DNA from: Eledone cirrhosa
Lineage: Eukaryota
Assembly: GCA_964016885.1 (NCBI GenBank)
Contig: OZ024740.1
Span: 405,480,001 to 405,544,000, forward strand
DNA length: 64,000 nt
Direction of reading: 5' to 3'
Shown: piece by piece, positions 30,611 through 42,300 of the stretch
How the letters are laid out: each line of letters starts with the position of its first letter
Numbering within the stretch: position 1 is the stretch's first letter
Translations under genes and position numbers: made by a program
Notes under the pieces: model-generated
What the model was told of the DNA's origin: nothing
The model's database searches: none
The model's input: the letters and a program-made list of their open reading frames with translations, nothing else

Positions 30611-30769
30611 TATACTGTAAATGTGGGCGTTAGGAAGGGCAACCAGAGACACCCCTATATGAGCAAGACACGGTCACCCGACACAACTTGCCTCAAAAAT
30701 AGGACCCGTCTAACCCATGCTAGCATGGAAGATGGATGTTAATCGATGATGATGATGATATATATATCA

Positions 30770-31460
30770 GGTTTCATGACATTGGATGGCAACCTTACCT
30801 GTTAGATATGGTGGCCTTGGCCTCCGGTCTCCGTGGAACCAGCTTGGACTTAGCCCAGTAGATGTTCCTCCTCCTCCTCCCCCTGCTGACGTCAGGTTTC
30901 CCTGAAGCTTTGTCTCTGGATCTGTGAGCCACACAAATGTCACTGCGGATCCTAAATGGACTCTTTCGGCCTCCACCCGCTTTCCTGTCACTACAGTGCT
31001 GGCCGCTTTCCACACCATGTCACTCTCAACGAGGTCATAAAGCATGGCTTGAATGCTGCAGGCTTCCCCTCCCAGCTCGAGCCGGTGGAACTGAACCGAG
31101 GGGACGGCAAAAGGCCAGACGGTATAACCATCTTCCCGTTCTGCGATGGCAAACCCCTTGTCTGAGATGCCACTTGCAGCGACACTTTCACCAACCACAA
31201 CCTGGTGCAGTCTGCAACTAACCCAGGTTCTGTTGCACTTCAGGCTGAGGAGGGCAAACTCTGACTCATGCCCCTAGAAGTGGAGACTTCTGGCGTCCTT
31301 GACCCAAGAGCTACCTCCCTACTTACCATCATAGGCATTGAGTTAGCTAGCCACAAGTGTGAGCCTCGCGAGATGGAATGGCTCTTCCAGCGCATCTCCC
31401 TTACTCCGAGGAAACGCCTTCTCCATTCTGTTTGCCGTGGGGCAGCCAGCACGTGGGATC
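30770..31460 (+). mobile_element. CRE-like retrotransposon 3' fragment
   Basis: [45 protein letters not shown]. Homologous to 61690-62560. Confidence 0.85.
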
Positions 31461-31699
31461 CCATTTGTTCATATAATACAGAGAGATGGAGGCAATAACA
31501 GTGGGAGTTCGGCTCTTCTGTGTTTGACCTCGTCAGTTGTCTGTAGGGAGATAGTGGTTTGTACTTAGCGAAGGATTTTAGTACCTTTTGTTTGTAATTC
31601 CTGTATGTATTATGAAAGAGGATTGAGTTTCCATTGATACCTTTGTATATATGTATGGTCTGCTTTTTTCTTATATATACAAAGGAAAAAAGAAAGAGA

Positions 31700-32310
31700 A
31701 AAAACAAGCAGGTAATTCACACATCTGGAACCACATACAACAAAAGGCAGGTAATACATACAGCTAGGACTACATACAACACAGAAGCAGGTAATACACA
31801 CATCTGGAACCACATACAACAAAAGGCAGACGAAAGGGGTGGACAAACGAGCCGCTACTAGAGTAAAAGATAACAGTATCGCGAGGAGCACTGGGAAACC
31901 TCTCTAATAATTTTTGAGGCAAGCCAGTACACTCACAGCATTACCTCGGGTGATGGTGAGGCTGAGGTGCTGGAACAACCAGACGCCTTCACCAGTTACC
32001 TCAGTTAGGCGAGCCTATCAGTGAAGATAAGTAACCTCACAATCAGTAGCCGGACTCCCCCAAACATCTCGAACACAACTGACTGGAAAATGTAGTTAGC
32101 TGTCAGATGATGGTATTTTAGGATTTTGTTTCGTTCAGCTTTGGATGCTGTAGCTCTCGCCCATACCGCTGCATCCATGATGTGGGAAGAACCTAAAGAG
32201 TCACTAACTGTGACGTCACAGATAAGGCATCTGCCTCTTAATCAGGGGCACAGGATAAGACCGTCAGGTCTTTCCCCATCAATTCTGGACAACCCAAACC
32301 GGTTCCAAAA
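31700..32310 (-). mobile_element. CRE-like retrotransposon 3' fragment (second family) with ~40-bp tandem units in the 3' UTR
   Basis: GERPDGL...CDVTVSD...NYIFQ. Reverse complement aligns with 34760-35240 plus 37340-37362. GCAGGTAAT...CATACAACA occurs three times at 31708-31829. Confidence 0.8.
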
Positions 32311-32399
32311 TGGTGGGGGGGGGCAATGGTAATAGGAGAGTGTGTGCATGTGTCATATATATATATGTGTGTGTGATGGACAGAAGTCGCTCAAATTTA

Positions 32400-33020
32400 T
32401 ATACATGTGAATGGAGTTACACTAAAGCAGGTAGAGAAGTTCAAGTATCTCGAGGCCGGATTCACGAGTGATGGACGGCAGGAGGCTGAATTAAGTGCAA
32501 GAATTGCAAAAGCTGAATGCGCAAACTTCAGCATTCAGTAATCAGAAGGGAGGTAGGTGTAAAGGCCAAACTTGCTGTCTTCCTGCGAACACTTAACTAG
32601 TTGTTATGAATCTTGGGTAATGACCGAAAGAATACGATTGCAAAAAGAGGCGACCGAAATGGGGTTCCTTCGGAGGGTTTTGGAGTAACTTTAGTCGATA
32701 AAGTGCATAGCTCGGAGATCAGAGTCACTCAAAACAGAGCCGCTACTCCTCCGGATTGAGAGATTACAGCTCCGATACGATGGGCATGTGGTTATATTGC
32801 CTCAGGAAAGAATTGCTAGACAGATTTTATAGGCAAAACCAACCGGTAGGAGACTCAGAGGTAGACTTCAAGCAATATAGTTGGATTACATCCATGAGCT
32901 TGGCTGGTCTCGCTTTGGGATCCAACTGGATCAGTTAGAGATGTTTGCTTCTGACAGACTCGTTGTTAGGAGTGTTTGAGGAAGACTGCCTCCACAACAC
33001 TCAGAAGTAAGTGGGCGAAG
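32400..33020 (+). mobile_element. Degraded RTE-clade LINE (third family)
   Basis: LKQVEKFKYL...FTSDG...ARIAKA, YESWVMTE, IERLQLRYDGHV. Confidence 0.7.
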
Positions 33021-34133
33021 AAGATATTGTCAATTTACTTTTCAATTTATATATATCTATATGCATATATATTTACATATAATATCAATACGCACACTAC
33101 ATATGCTAGCAAAAAACCGATCTGAGGGCGGTAATCTGCTAGTAATATTAATGATTGTACAATCCACGACACCACTTATTTTATAATCAATACAGGTAAA
33201 TTTTGTGGGCAGTGAAGGAATTGTTATCGACTTTCGAATAAATGTATGGAACAAGTCGGAGAATCAAATTTCTCGACTATCAAACACCAGCGACTCGGTG
33301 TTCATGCTCGGTCAGTCACTTTCCCTATATTTGCAACATTAGTGCTATTCCTTACTTATTTACAAGTCAAAATAGATAAAAAATAAAGAGAATGTTTTTT
33401 TTTTATGTAGGAATTAAACATCCAACATAAAACCTTGGCAATTTAAAAACAAAGAAATGTTTGGTCAAATACGTTTTATTGTTTAGCAGACATGATGAAA
33501 GCTATTTCTATTGGACCCCATCTTTTTAGGACCATCTATAATTACATATATCCTTTTGGCGTAGTAGATAGCAGATATTATGCCATGTGGCGTAGCCCTT
33601 AAATTACATGCGTCGCAGCTAAAAGCCAACATTCTAAAGGGTTGTAGTAGGTTATCATGTTGCACTAACATTTCTATAAGATACAGAGGTCGTGAAAGTT
33701 CCTTTTAATAAAATATAAAAATAAATTCTTGTTTGCCTTTATAACACTAATTACGGAAATACCAAATACTGAATTAGAATATAATTCAATCTAAATGTAA
33801 TGGTTTTTCGGAAGAATACTTCAACTACTTCAAATGAAAAGTACTTAGAAACTAGATAGACAAGCTATTGTCTGAAGGCGATAGTTGTTCAAAGCTTGTG
33901 TTAAAACTGGTCGCTGTTTACAATTGCGCTTATGTTGCAGAGAGAAAGTATAGAGAGCATTGTTAGCGTTATTATAGTACACTAATTATGATACTTCAAA
34001 AACATACAGGAGAGAAGCAGAGAACTTTGTTTCTGTTAAAACATGTTGTTACTGGAATTTCAAAAATGTTTGAAAAGAAAGAGAACGATATTTCATGTAA
34101 CACGCTGCAGACAGGAGGAGAGGAAATTCTTAC

Positions 34134-34224
34134 CTAAAATGACTGGATTTATGGAGATAGCAAATGTTACAGTTAGAATTAGGAGTAAAAGAAGTTCCAA
34201 CAGATTCCTGTCAGGCATTGCCAT
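34134..34224 (-). CDS. PLA2G15: PLA2G15-like coding exon 1 (signal peptide)
   Basis: Encodes MAMPDRNLLELLLLLILTVTFAISINPVIL, then G|gtaag. Splices in phase to exon 2 to give the family motif NPVILVPG. Total CDS 91+154+119+99+228+536 = 1227 nt (408 aa plus stop). Confidence 0.9.
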
Positions 34225-34659
34225 AACTTCGTCGATGCTGTCGGCACAAACAATGAATTAAGTGTAATGCAAACCGGTGTCAGGCGATATACAACCCGAG
34301 ACAAACTATCCAGTGAGCTGATGTTGTATGGACTGATTGTTTAGCTGCGCGACCTGGTATATATATCAGATTGCACTGCTAAGAATTCTTTCAAAATCTG
34401 TTGGCTGACACGTTAAATATGTTTGTTTTTATAAAACACACATACACACACATATCACGCATATATATATGTGTGTGTGCGTGCTCACGAGTAGTTCAAG
34501 ATAAGAAAAGATAAACAGAAAACTTGCATAGGTTAGATGGGTTGTCATGTTCTGGACATGTCAAATGACCTTGTTTTGATTAGTTTGGTATGATTTATAC
34601 AGCTGGATGCGCTTCCTAACACTAATTGCTGTACATCCTGTATTTGATGCCTTAAATCG

Positions 34660-35240
34660 TGGCACCAGCGTCACCAATTGTTGAGTGCACTAGGTGCATC
34701 ACGGAACTAAACCTTATTATCAAGAGAGCTTTGGCCCGGGCTAACATCCCCTCAATCTTGGAACCATCTGGGTTGTCCAGAAGTGATGGGAAAGACCTGA
34801 CGGCCTTACCCTCTGCTTCTGGTCGAGAGGCAGATGCTTTGTCTGGGATGTCACAGTTAGTGACTATTTTGCTTCTGCCCACATCCTGGATGCTGCGGTT
34901 AGGGCGAGAGCTACAGCATCCACAGCCGAACGGTACAAAATCCTAAAATACCATCATCTGTTGGCCAACTATATTTTCCAGCCTGTGACGTCCGAGACAT
35001 TTGGGGGAGTCGGGCTACTTACTGTGAGATTCCTATCTTCATTGGCGGCGCGCCTAACAGAGGTAACTGGCGAAGCTCTTGGGGGTGCTTGGTTGTTCCA
35101 GCGCATTAGCCTCGCCATTACCCGACGTAACGAGGCGAGCATGCTGACTTGCCTCAAAAATCATTAGAGAAGTTTCCCAGTTCTCCTCGCGATACTGTTA
35201 TCAGCTCGGTTGTCCACCCCTTTCGCCTTCCTTTTGTTGT
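34660..35240 (+). mobile_element. CRE-like 3' fragment upstream of PLA2G15, 3' UTR interrupted by LTR element B
   Basis: LNLIIKRAL, LEPSGLSRSDGK(R)PDG, VWDVT, ETFGGVG, WLFQRISLAITRRN. Confidence 0.85.
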
Positions 35241-35523
35241 ATAGCGAAGATACTGGGTTGTATGAATGTAACAAAACGAGACATGGTTTGTGTGTATAAT
35301 ATTTAATTAACAATGGTAGATAGTATACTTTACATGTCAAAGATAGATGTTAGAATGAAACAAAGTTAGTAGTTACCGTTTTGATTGCCAGGCAAACGCG
35401 ACTGGCAGAGGACGCCTGGCTAAGGCCAGGCGCCTGTTGGCCAAATTAATGGCAGAGCCAAATGAGAGGCTCTTGGCCTGGTGCCGAAAAGGCAAAGAGA
35501 GAAAGGAAGCTTAAAGTTGTTAG

Positions 35524-35547
35524 TTTTATAGGGCTCTGACCGGAAGT
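35524..35547 (-). promoter_or_regulatory. LTR U3 core promoter: ETS-like CCGGAAGT plus TATAAAA
   Basis: The TTTTATAGG...GACCGGAAGT arrangement is conserved in all five full LTRs of A, B and C, despite otherwise divergent LTR sequence. Confidence 0.6.
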
Positions 35548-36955
35548 TGCAGAAAGGGTTCCACTTCCCGTCTAGATCCTAATCAAAACAAGGGAGACAA
35601 CCGCTACATAACCTCCCGCCAGAATTTTAGTGTATAAAAATCGAAATGAAAATATGTAGCAAGTTGGCGAGAATGTTGTAACAGGCATGAAAATTACGAC
35701 AAAAGAATGTTTGGAAAAATCAATGATAGATATCAAGGTAGCCAACCGCTCTTGGCCAGAGAACGACTGGACATCCATCTATCCATCACCCAAAGATACA
35801 ATGTAATAAAGTAAAAGTAATAGAAGAGCTCAAAGTTCAAAATATAGTTCACAGGTGTGCAATCACATGACAGCAGGAAAGAAAGTGTGTTCCAGAGAAT
35901 GAATGCAGGTGGTTTCTGTTCTGTGGTATATCGTGAAATTTCCAACCTCCGAATGGATTTTCTCACAGGAAGAGTGCTGCAAAAATGAATTCTCTGGCTT
36001 TGGTGAAGCTGTATTGATGTATTGCTGTTGCTGTTATATTGCTGTTGCTGCTGCTGTTGTCTCGCTGAGTGAGCGTATTCGGTGTTTAAATTCACAGTAA
36101 AAAATTTTTTTTTAGAAAAAATGAGTTGCGCAAAGTGCTAGAAATAGCAGCCGAAGTTGATGGTCGATGTTGAGAATGCATTGACCTGGAAGGGTCAAGA
36201 GGCCAGCGACCAGAGAAATAAGCATTCTTAATAAATGCGCGGTTATCAACGGTAAATTTACATTGTAAATTTATAAACCGGCAAATAGAAGAATATAGCT
36301 TAAGGCTGAAGAATCCCTGGTGAGAAATGTTATCTCTGGCGTGCGGCTGTCTGTGAGTAGAGACATCTCTGTGAATCGAGAATTTATGCTGCCTACACGT
36401 GCCAATACAAGGTTGAAAAAAATAATATTTCTAACGCGCGAGAAAATGATAGTGCAATTTTGAAAGTGACAATGATGAAAAAGAAAGGCTTCACTCAGCA
36501 TAATTATTGGTGTGAACTTTGGAAAAAAACAAAAAACTTGAACGATGAAGAAAACGATGAACAAAAAGGCAATGGTTCATCGAAAATAAATGTTCCTGTT
36601 GAAATGTTTTTTAAAGAATATCAAATTTCTTTTTTTTTTGTGTGTGTTTTGAAAGAGTTCGTTGTAAGAAACGAGAAACATATATATATATCGTGAAATG
36701 TTTTTTTTTTTTTTTTGTTTTGAAAGTGTTCGTTGTAAGAAACGAGAAACATATATATATATTGGTGAAATGCGACAGTTAATTGATGCGTGAGAGAAAA
36801 AGTCTGTCTGCGAATTCCACATGTGCGTGTGTGCGTGTCCTTGAGTATTTTCATAGTTTGTCGCTAAATTTGCTGTGTATTCGTAATGTTACTCACAAAA
36901 CCAGATGTGCTATTTTTTTCTTTTTTTGGGGGGGTGACCACTTATAGCGATGAAC

Positions 36956-36987
36956 GGCTGCGTGTTCGTATCACGTCGGGGTCACTA
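36956..36987 (-). promoter_or_regulatory. Extended tRNA-Trp primer-binding site of element B
   Basis: Plus strand GGCTGCGTGTTCGTATCACGTCGGGGTCACTA versus metazoan tRNA-Trp 3' end GGCTGCGTGTTCGAATCACGTCGGGGTCACCA. Confidence 0.9.
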
Positions 36988-37361
36988 ATATAGCGAAGAT
37001 ACTGGGTTGTATGAATGTAACAAAACGAGACATGGTTTGTGTGTATAATATTTAATTAACAATGGTAGATAGTATACTTGACATGTCAAAGATAGATGTT
37101 AGAATGAAACAAAGTTAGTAGTTACCGTTTTGATTGCCAGGCAAACGCGGCTGGCAGAGGACGCCTGTTGGCCAAATTAATGGCAGAGCCAAATGAGAGG
37201 CTCTTGACCTGGTGCCGAAAAGGCAAAGAGAGAAAGGAAGCTTAAAGTTGTTAGTTTTATAGGGCTCTGACCGGAAGTTTCAGAAAGGGTTCCACTTCCC
37301 GTCTAGATCCTAATCAAAACAAGGGAGACAACCGCTACAGTTGTATGTGGTCCCAAATGTG

Positions 37362-37890
37362 TGTGGGTTTGTACAGCCACCGGAAATAACATCTGTGAAA
37401 TATACAGCGCCATCTACCTGTTAGCTAGCTACCTCACCGTGAAACAAAAGAACCCTTAGAAGCTACAAGAATAAACGCCTACACAGCGGCTAAACATCAA
37501 ACGATTATTTCTGTATAAATAGAGTGGTCCCAAGCACTTCGCCAGTCGATATTTGGCAGAGTCAACCCGCGTATCGTTGTTCCTCGCCTCTGCCACGCTT
37601 TGTCACTCACACACGCCTTGTACCTCGAATCGTCGCTTCATGTGAAAATAAATAGCTGATCGAATTTACATCTCGCCTTGCTTCGTCCTTTCAACTTGTG
37701 CTTTCGTCTGTCCATCCTCAACAGTTCTTTTAAGGGCTATATGCGACTACAGTTCTTTTAAGGGCTATCTTCAGATATGATCAAACCGTATGCGATAACA
37801 GTCCTTCTAAGGGCTATTCTCGGATCTGATCAGAAGTAGTGACCAGACTGACTAACCACATCGCTACAGGTTTTTTTATTTTTCACTACA
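37362..37890 (+). mobile_element. Possible solo LTR of an unrelated family
   Basis: TGTGG...CTACA ends, GCGCCATCTA motif, TATAAATA near 37513, AATAAA near 37647, CpG-rich. No TSD or partner LTR found. Confidence 0.4.
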
Positions 37891-37898
37891 TATATATA

Positions 37899-38055
37899 TT
37901 GGATTTATGCCAGGTAGGGGTACGACCAATGCTCTCTTTCTAGTGAGAAAACTACAGAAGAGATACTTAGCTAAGAGTTAGCCACTGTGTGTACTATTTG
38001 TAGATCTGAAGAAAGCCTTTGGCAGGGTACCAAACTCTATAATCTGATTGGCACT
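37899..38055 (+). mobile_element. RTE LINE RT, left half (split by Gypsy A)
   Basis: GFMPGRGTTNALFLVRKLQKRYLAK...FVDLKKAFGRVPNSII*LAL, continuing at 44744 as ALKKLVVDEWLVRAMQ. Confidence 0.9.
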
Positions 38056-39154
38056 TTAGGAGATTAGTATCGGTGTACACATAAAATTATTATAAAAGAC
38101 AGTAAATACCGGTGTGTGTTGTAATAATGTTTTTACTTCATAGAAGTCAAAGGTATTAAATGTTAAGAATTCGTTACCCGATGGTCACAACTCCAGGCTG
38201 AAGTTGGTAGAGAAAAGAAGAGATCTTTTCTAGCTGGTGTTAACATCTTAGGCTCTCAGGCTGAAAGTTGCATTGTTCTTGGTAGCGAAGGATTATCAAA
38301 AATGAATCATCTCAAGCTAAGGTCGCAGGTGTTACCACTTCGGAAATCAGGAGGCAAGAGAGATATCGTGGTGACCTGTTCCTTTTATAGGAGATGACCG
38401 GAAGTGACCAACAGGGAGTCTGTCAATCCCAAAGGGAAGCAACTCCAGCTACTTCCTGTCTAGAGAGCGATGATGAGATTGTCATGACAAGGGAGGCAAC
38501 TGTTGCTACATTATCTCCTGCCAGATTTTTAAAACATAAAAAATCGAAAGAAGCATGCATGGAGTAAGATGGCGAGCATGTAAGAGGCATGAAAATTATG
38601 ATACAATGTAATAAAAGTAAGAGAAGAGGTCAAAAGTTCAAATATCTAAAATACAATTCACATGTGTGCAATCACATGACAGCAGTAAAGAATGTGTTCC
38701 AGATAATGAATGCAGGTGGTTTCTGGTCTGTGGTATAACATGAAATTTCCAACTTCCGAAGGGAATTTCTCACAGGCAGAGTGCTGCAGAAATAAATTGT
38801 CTGGCTTGTTCTGCTGGTTTTAGTTGTTGATGAAGCTGTGTTGTTGTTGTTGATGAAGCTGTGTTGTTGTTGTTGTTGTTGTTGATGTTGTGAATGCGTT
38901 GACCTGGAAGGGTCAAGAGGCCAACGACCAGAGAAATAAGCATTCTTAATAAATGCGCGGTTTTCAACGGCAAATTTACGTGGTAAATTTATAAACCGGC
39001 AAATAGAAGAATATAGTTTAAAATGTTCGTTGTAAAGGAAACGAAAAACATATATATATACATCCAGTGAAATGGTAATGAGAGGTACATTGTAATACAA
39101 TAAATCAATAAATAACAAGAACAGAAAAAAAAATATAAGGCTCCAATGGCCAGT

Positions 39155-42100
39155 TCACATAAAAATAGTTTGGCAGAACTTTTGGGGCCAGTGGACTCTC
39201 CGACCGGAACGGGTCGTAGTCTTGTATGTAGGTGAAGGTGTGGCAGAAGGAGCAGGTGTATGCACAAGAGAGAAAGATTGGGGTATTTGTGGCTCGGGTG
39301 TATGAGCGTCATTGTGTGCCCTTTTCAGTCTATCCACCGAAATTGTTTCTCTGGACCCCTTAACGTCTACAGTGAAATGTTTTTCAGTGCGTGCTAACAC
39401 ACGGTAGGGTCCAGAGTATGGTTGTGTGAGGGGTGGTCTCACAGCATCGTTCCTTACGAACACATGGGTCCACGAGGCAATATCCCTCGGGACCGCAGGT
39501 TTTACAGTTTGCTTCCTCGTATCCATCGGCGGCAGATCCTGAAAATAAGAACGCAGACGGGATACGTAGGAAAGCGGATCTTGGAAAGCAAGATCAACAG
39601 GGACAAGCATTTGCCCAGGCAACGTTAGAGGAGCACCGTAAATTAATTCGGCCGGGGAGAACCCAAGGTCCTCCTTTATTGATGACCGAATTCTTAATAA
39701 CACAATAGGAAGGTACTCGCTCCAACGTTGAGAGTCTGGATAGGCGCGAAGAGCGGCCTTTAATTGGCGGTGGAATCGTTCCACCATTCCATTTGAAGCA
39801 GGGTGATTGGCTGTGGTCCGAATCCGTTGAGCTCCAATTATTTTTGTGAGCTCAGAGAAGAGATGGGACTCGAATTGTCTACCACGGTCTGTGGTGAGTG
39901 TAGTTGGTACCCCAAAGCGGGTAACCACCCTGATACCAGTGCACGTGCTACAGTCTCAGCAGTCATGTCTTGTAAAGGGATGGCTTCAGGCCATCGCGAA
40001 AAACGATCGACACACGTCAATATGTAAGAATATCCACCTCTGAATGGCCAAGGTCCGACGATGTCAATGTGGATGTGTTGAAACCGAGCATCTGGAGTAC
40101 TGAAAGTACCAAGTGGAGTCCGGATGCGTCTATGGATCTTCCATTTCTGGCAAGCGATACAGGAACGGCACCAAGCAGCAATGTCGCGCCTCATATTTGG
40201 CCAGAAGAATCTGGCTGTTATAAGTTTAACTGTGGCAGCAGATCCTGGATGAGAAATGTTGTACAAAGCCAGGAACACAATTCGACGGTGAGTCTCAGGA
40301 ACAAGTGGTCGTGGTGCATCAGTAGATACATCACATAGAATCTGCCTGTCGGTGGTGGACAAGGGCAGATATTTGAAAATGCAAGTCGCAAATTCAGTAG
40401 AAAGAGTGTCCAACGATTGGAGTGCAGGTTGGTCTGCAACTAAACGACCTAAGTCGATCTCCTGGGATGACGAGATGGAGCTAATTGGCAAACGTGACAA
40501 TGCGTCTGCAACTATGTTGTGCGAGCCGGCAATGTGCTGGATATCGTTTGTAAATTGTGAAACGTAGTCCAGGTGCCTTGTCTCTCTGGGCGAATATCTG
40601 TCGGCTTTGGCCCTCAAAGCGAAGGTCAACGGTTTGTGGTCGGTAAAAACCGTAAAAGTTCTCCCCTCAAGAATATGAGAGAAATGTTTCACCGACAGAT
40701 ATATGGCTAATAATTCCCGCCCAAACGTGCTATAACGCGTTTCTGCTGGTTTCAACTTCCTCGAGAAAAATGCCAAAGGTTGGTTTTCAGCGTAAGACTG
40801 TTGTAAAACTGCTCCCACAGCGGTATCAGATGCATCAACACAAAGCGAAAGCTTGGCCTCTGGTACCGGGTGGGCTAGCAAAGAAGAACTAGCGAGTGCT
40901 GTCTTGGCAGACTGGAAGTCCTGAAGCTGTCCTTGTGTCAAGGAAATGTCTTCATTCTTCTTACGACGATTTTTTAAAATGTCAGTAAGGGAAGATAGCC
41001 AATTAGCACAATGAGGAATGAAACGCCTATAGAAATTGATTAGGCCTAAGAAGTGACGCAACTGGTGAAGTGTAGTAGGCGGAGGTAACTCCTGTATGGC
41101 TTGAACTCGCTGAGGAAGCGGCCTAATACCTTCGGCGTCGATGAGGTGGCCTAAAAAATGTAGGGAAGTGGAACCGAAAACACACTTTGCAGGATTCACG
41201 CGAACGCGGTAATCCTGAAGTCGCCGAAATAAGAGAAGCATGTGGTGCATATGCTCTTCCGGAGAGGAACTAGCGACGAGAATATCGCCTATGTAAGCAT
41301 AAACGAAGTCCAGACCACGCGTGACCTCGTCTATGAACCGCTGAAAAGTGCTAGCGGCGTTCCTGAGTCCAAAAGGCATGGTCAAAAATTCGAATGATCC
41401 GAAAGGGGTTGTAATCGCAGTTTTCGGAATATCCTCCTTCCTGACCGGAATTTGGTGGTAGGCTCGCACTAAATCTAACTTAGAAAAAATCTTACACCCC
41501 TGCAGTGAAGATGCAAAATCGTGGAGATGGGGAATGGGATACCTATCCGGGACGGTCATGGCATTTAACCTCCTATAATCCCTCGTGGGTCTCCAGTCGC
41601 CGGAAGTCTTGGGCACCATGTGTAACGGTGAAGCCCAAGGACTCGTAGATGGGCGAATAATGCCCAGCTGCAGCATATGGTCGAACTCGGACCGTGCTGC
41701 CTTTAATTTTTCCGTCGGTAAGCGGCGTGGACGCGAAAACACTGGAGCACCGGTGGTGGAAACGAAATGTTGGGTCGAGTGTGTTGGGTCAGTGACTCGA
41801 AAATTTCCATCTGTGAGCTCTGGGAAAGAACCCAGCAACGCATGGTAGGCGTCTCCAGCGGCAGCGACAAAGAACATGGGGCTGACTATTGGAGCATTGG
41901 CTTCCTGGCCGTGAATTGAAAAGCCGGTGGTGTTATCCACCAGGCGTTGGCCACGGACGTCCACAGTTAAGGAGAAGTTGTGGAGGAAATCCGCTCCTAA
42001 GATGGGATATGGCAAATCGGCAACCGTAAAAATCCACTTAAAATCCCTTCGAAGATTTAAGAATTTAAGAGGGAGCGAGATTTGCCCGTACGTCTTTATA

Positions 42101-42300
42101 GACGACTGGTTAACTGCCTGCAGCGTAACAGATGACTCTATGGGGGTATCTTTCAGGCAATGGACCGGCCAAATACTACAGGAGGCTCCTGTATCCACGA
42201 GGAAACCTCTTCCGGACATTAGGTCCTTAATGAAGAAATGGCGGTTTGGTGACTTTATGTTGAGGTCAGCTGTCCCCATCAGCGGACCTCTTAGGCGTTT
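39155..42300 (-). pseudogene. pol: Gypsy pol (protease, RT, RNase H, integrase)
   Basis: FLVDTGA; MPFGLRNA; RT catalytic motif mutated to YIGD; VDASD and RELLA; integrase HPG..CIAC, HIDIVG, TDRGRQF, NGMVER. Frameshift near 39928. Confidence 0.95.

Larger units (their letters stand above)
35241..37339 (-). mobile_element. Non-autonomous, non-coding LTR retroelement B (TRIM/LARD-like)
   Basis: LTRs at 36990-37339 (5') and 35241-35608 (3') differ by about 4 substitutions and one 18-bp indel. TSD GTTGT. tRNA-Trp PBS at 36956-36987. Polypurine tract GGCGGGAGG next to the 3' LTR. No gag/pol homology. Confidence 0.92.

Noticed and set aside
36956-36987. tRNA-Trp gene
   Set aside because: Only the 3' 32 nt are present, including a CCA-equivalent end, next to an LTR. 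It is a PBS derived from mature tRNA.
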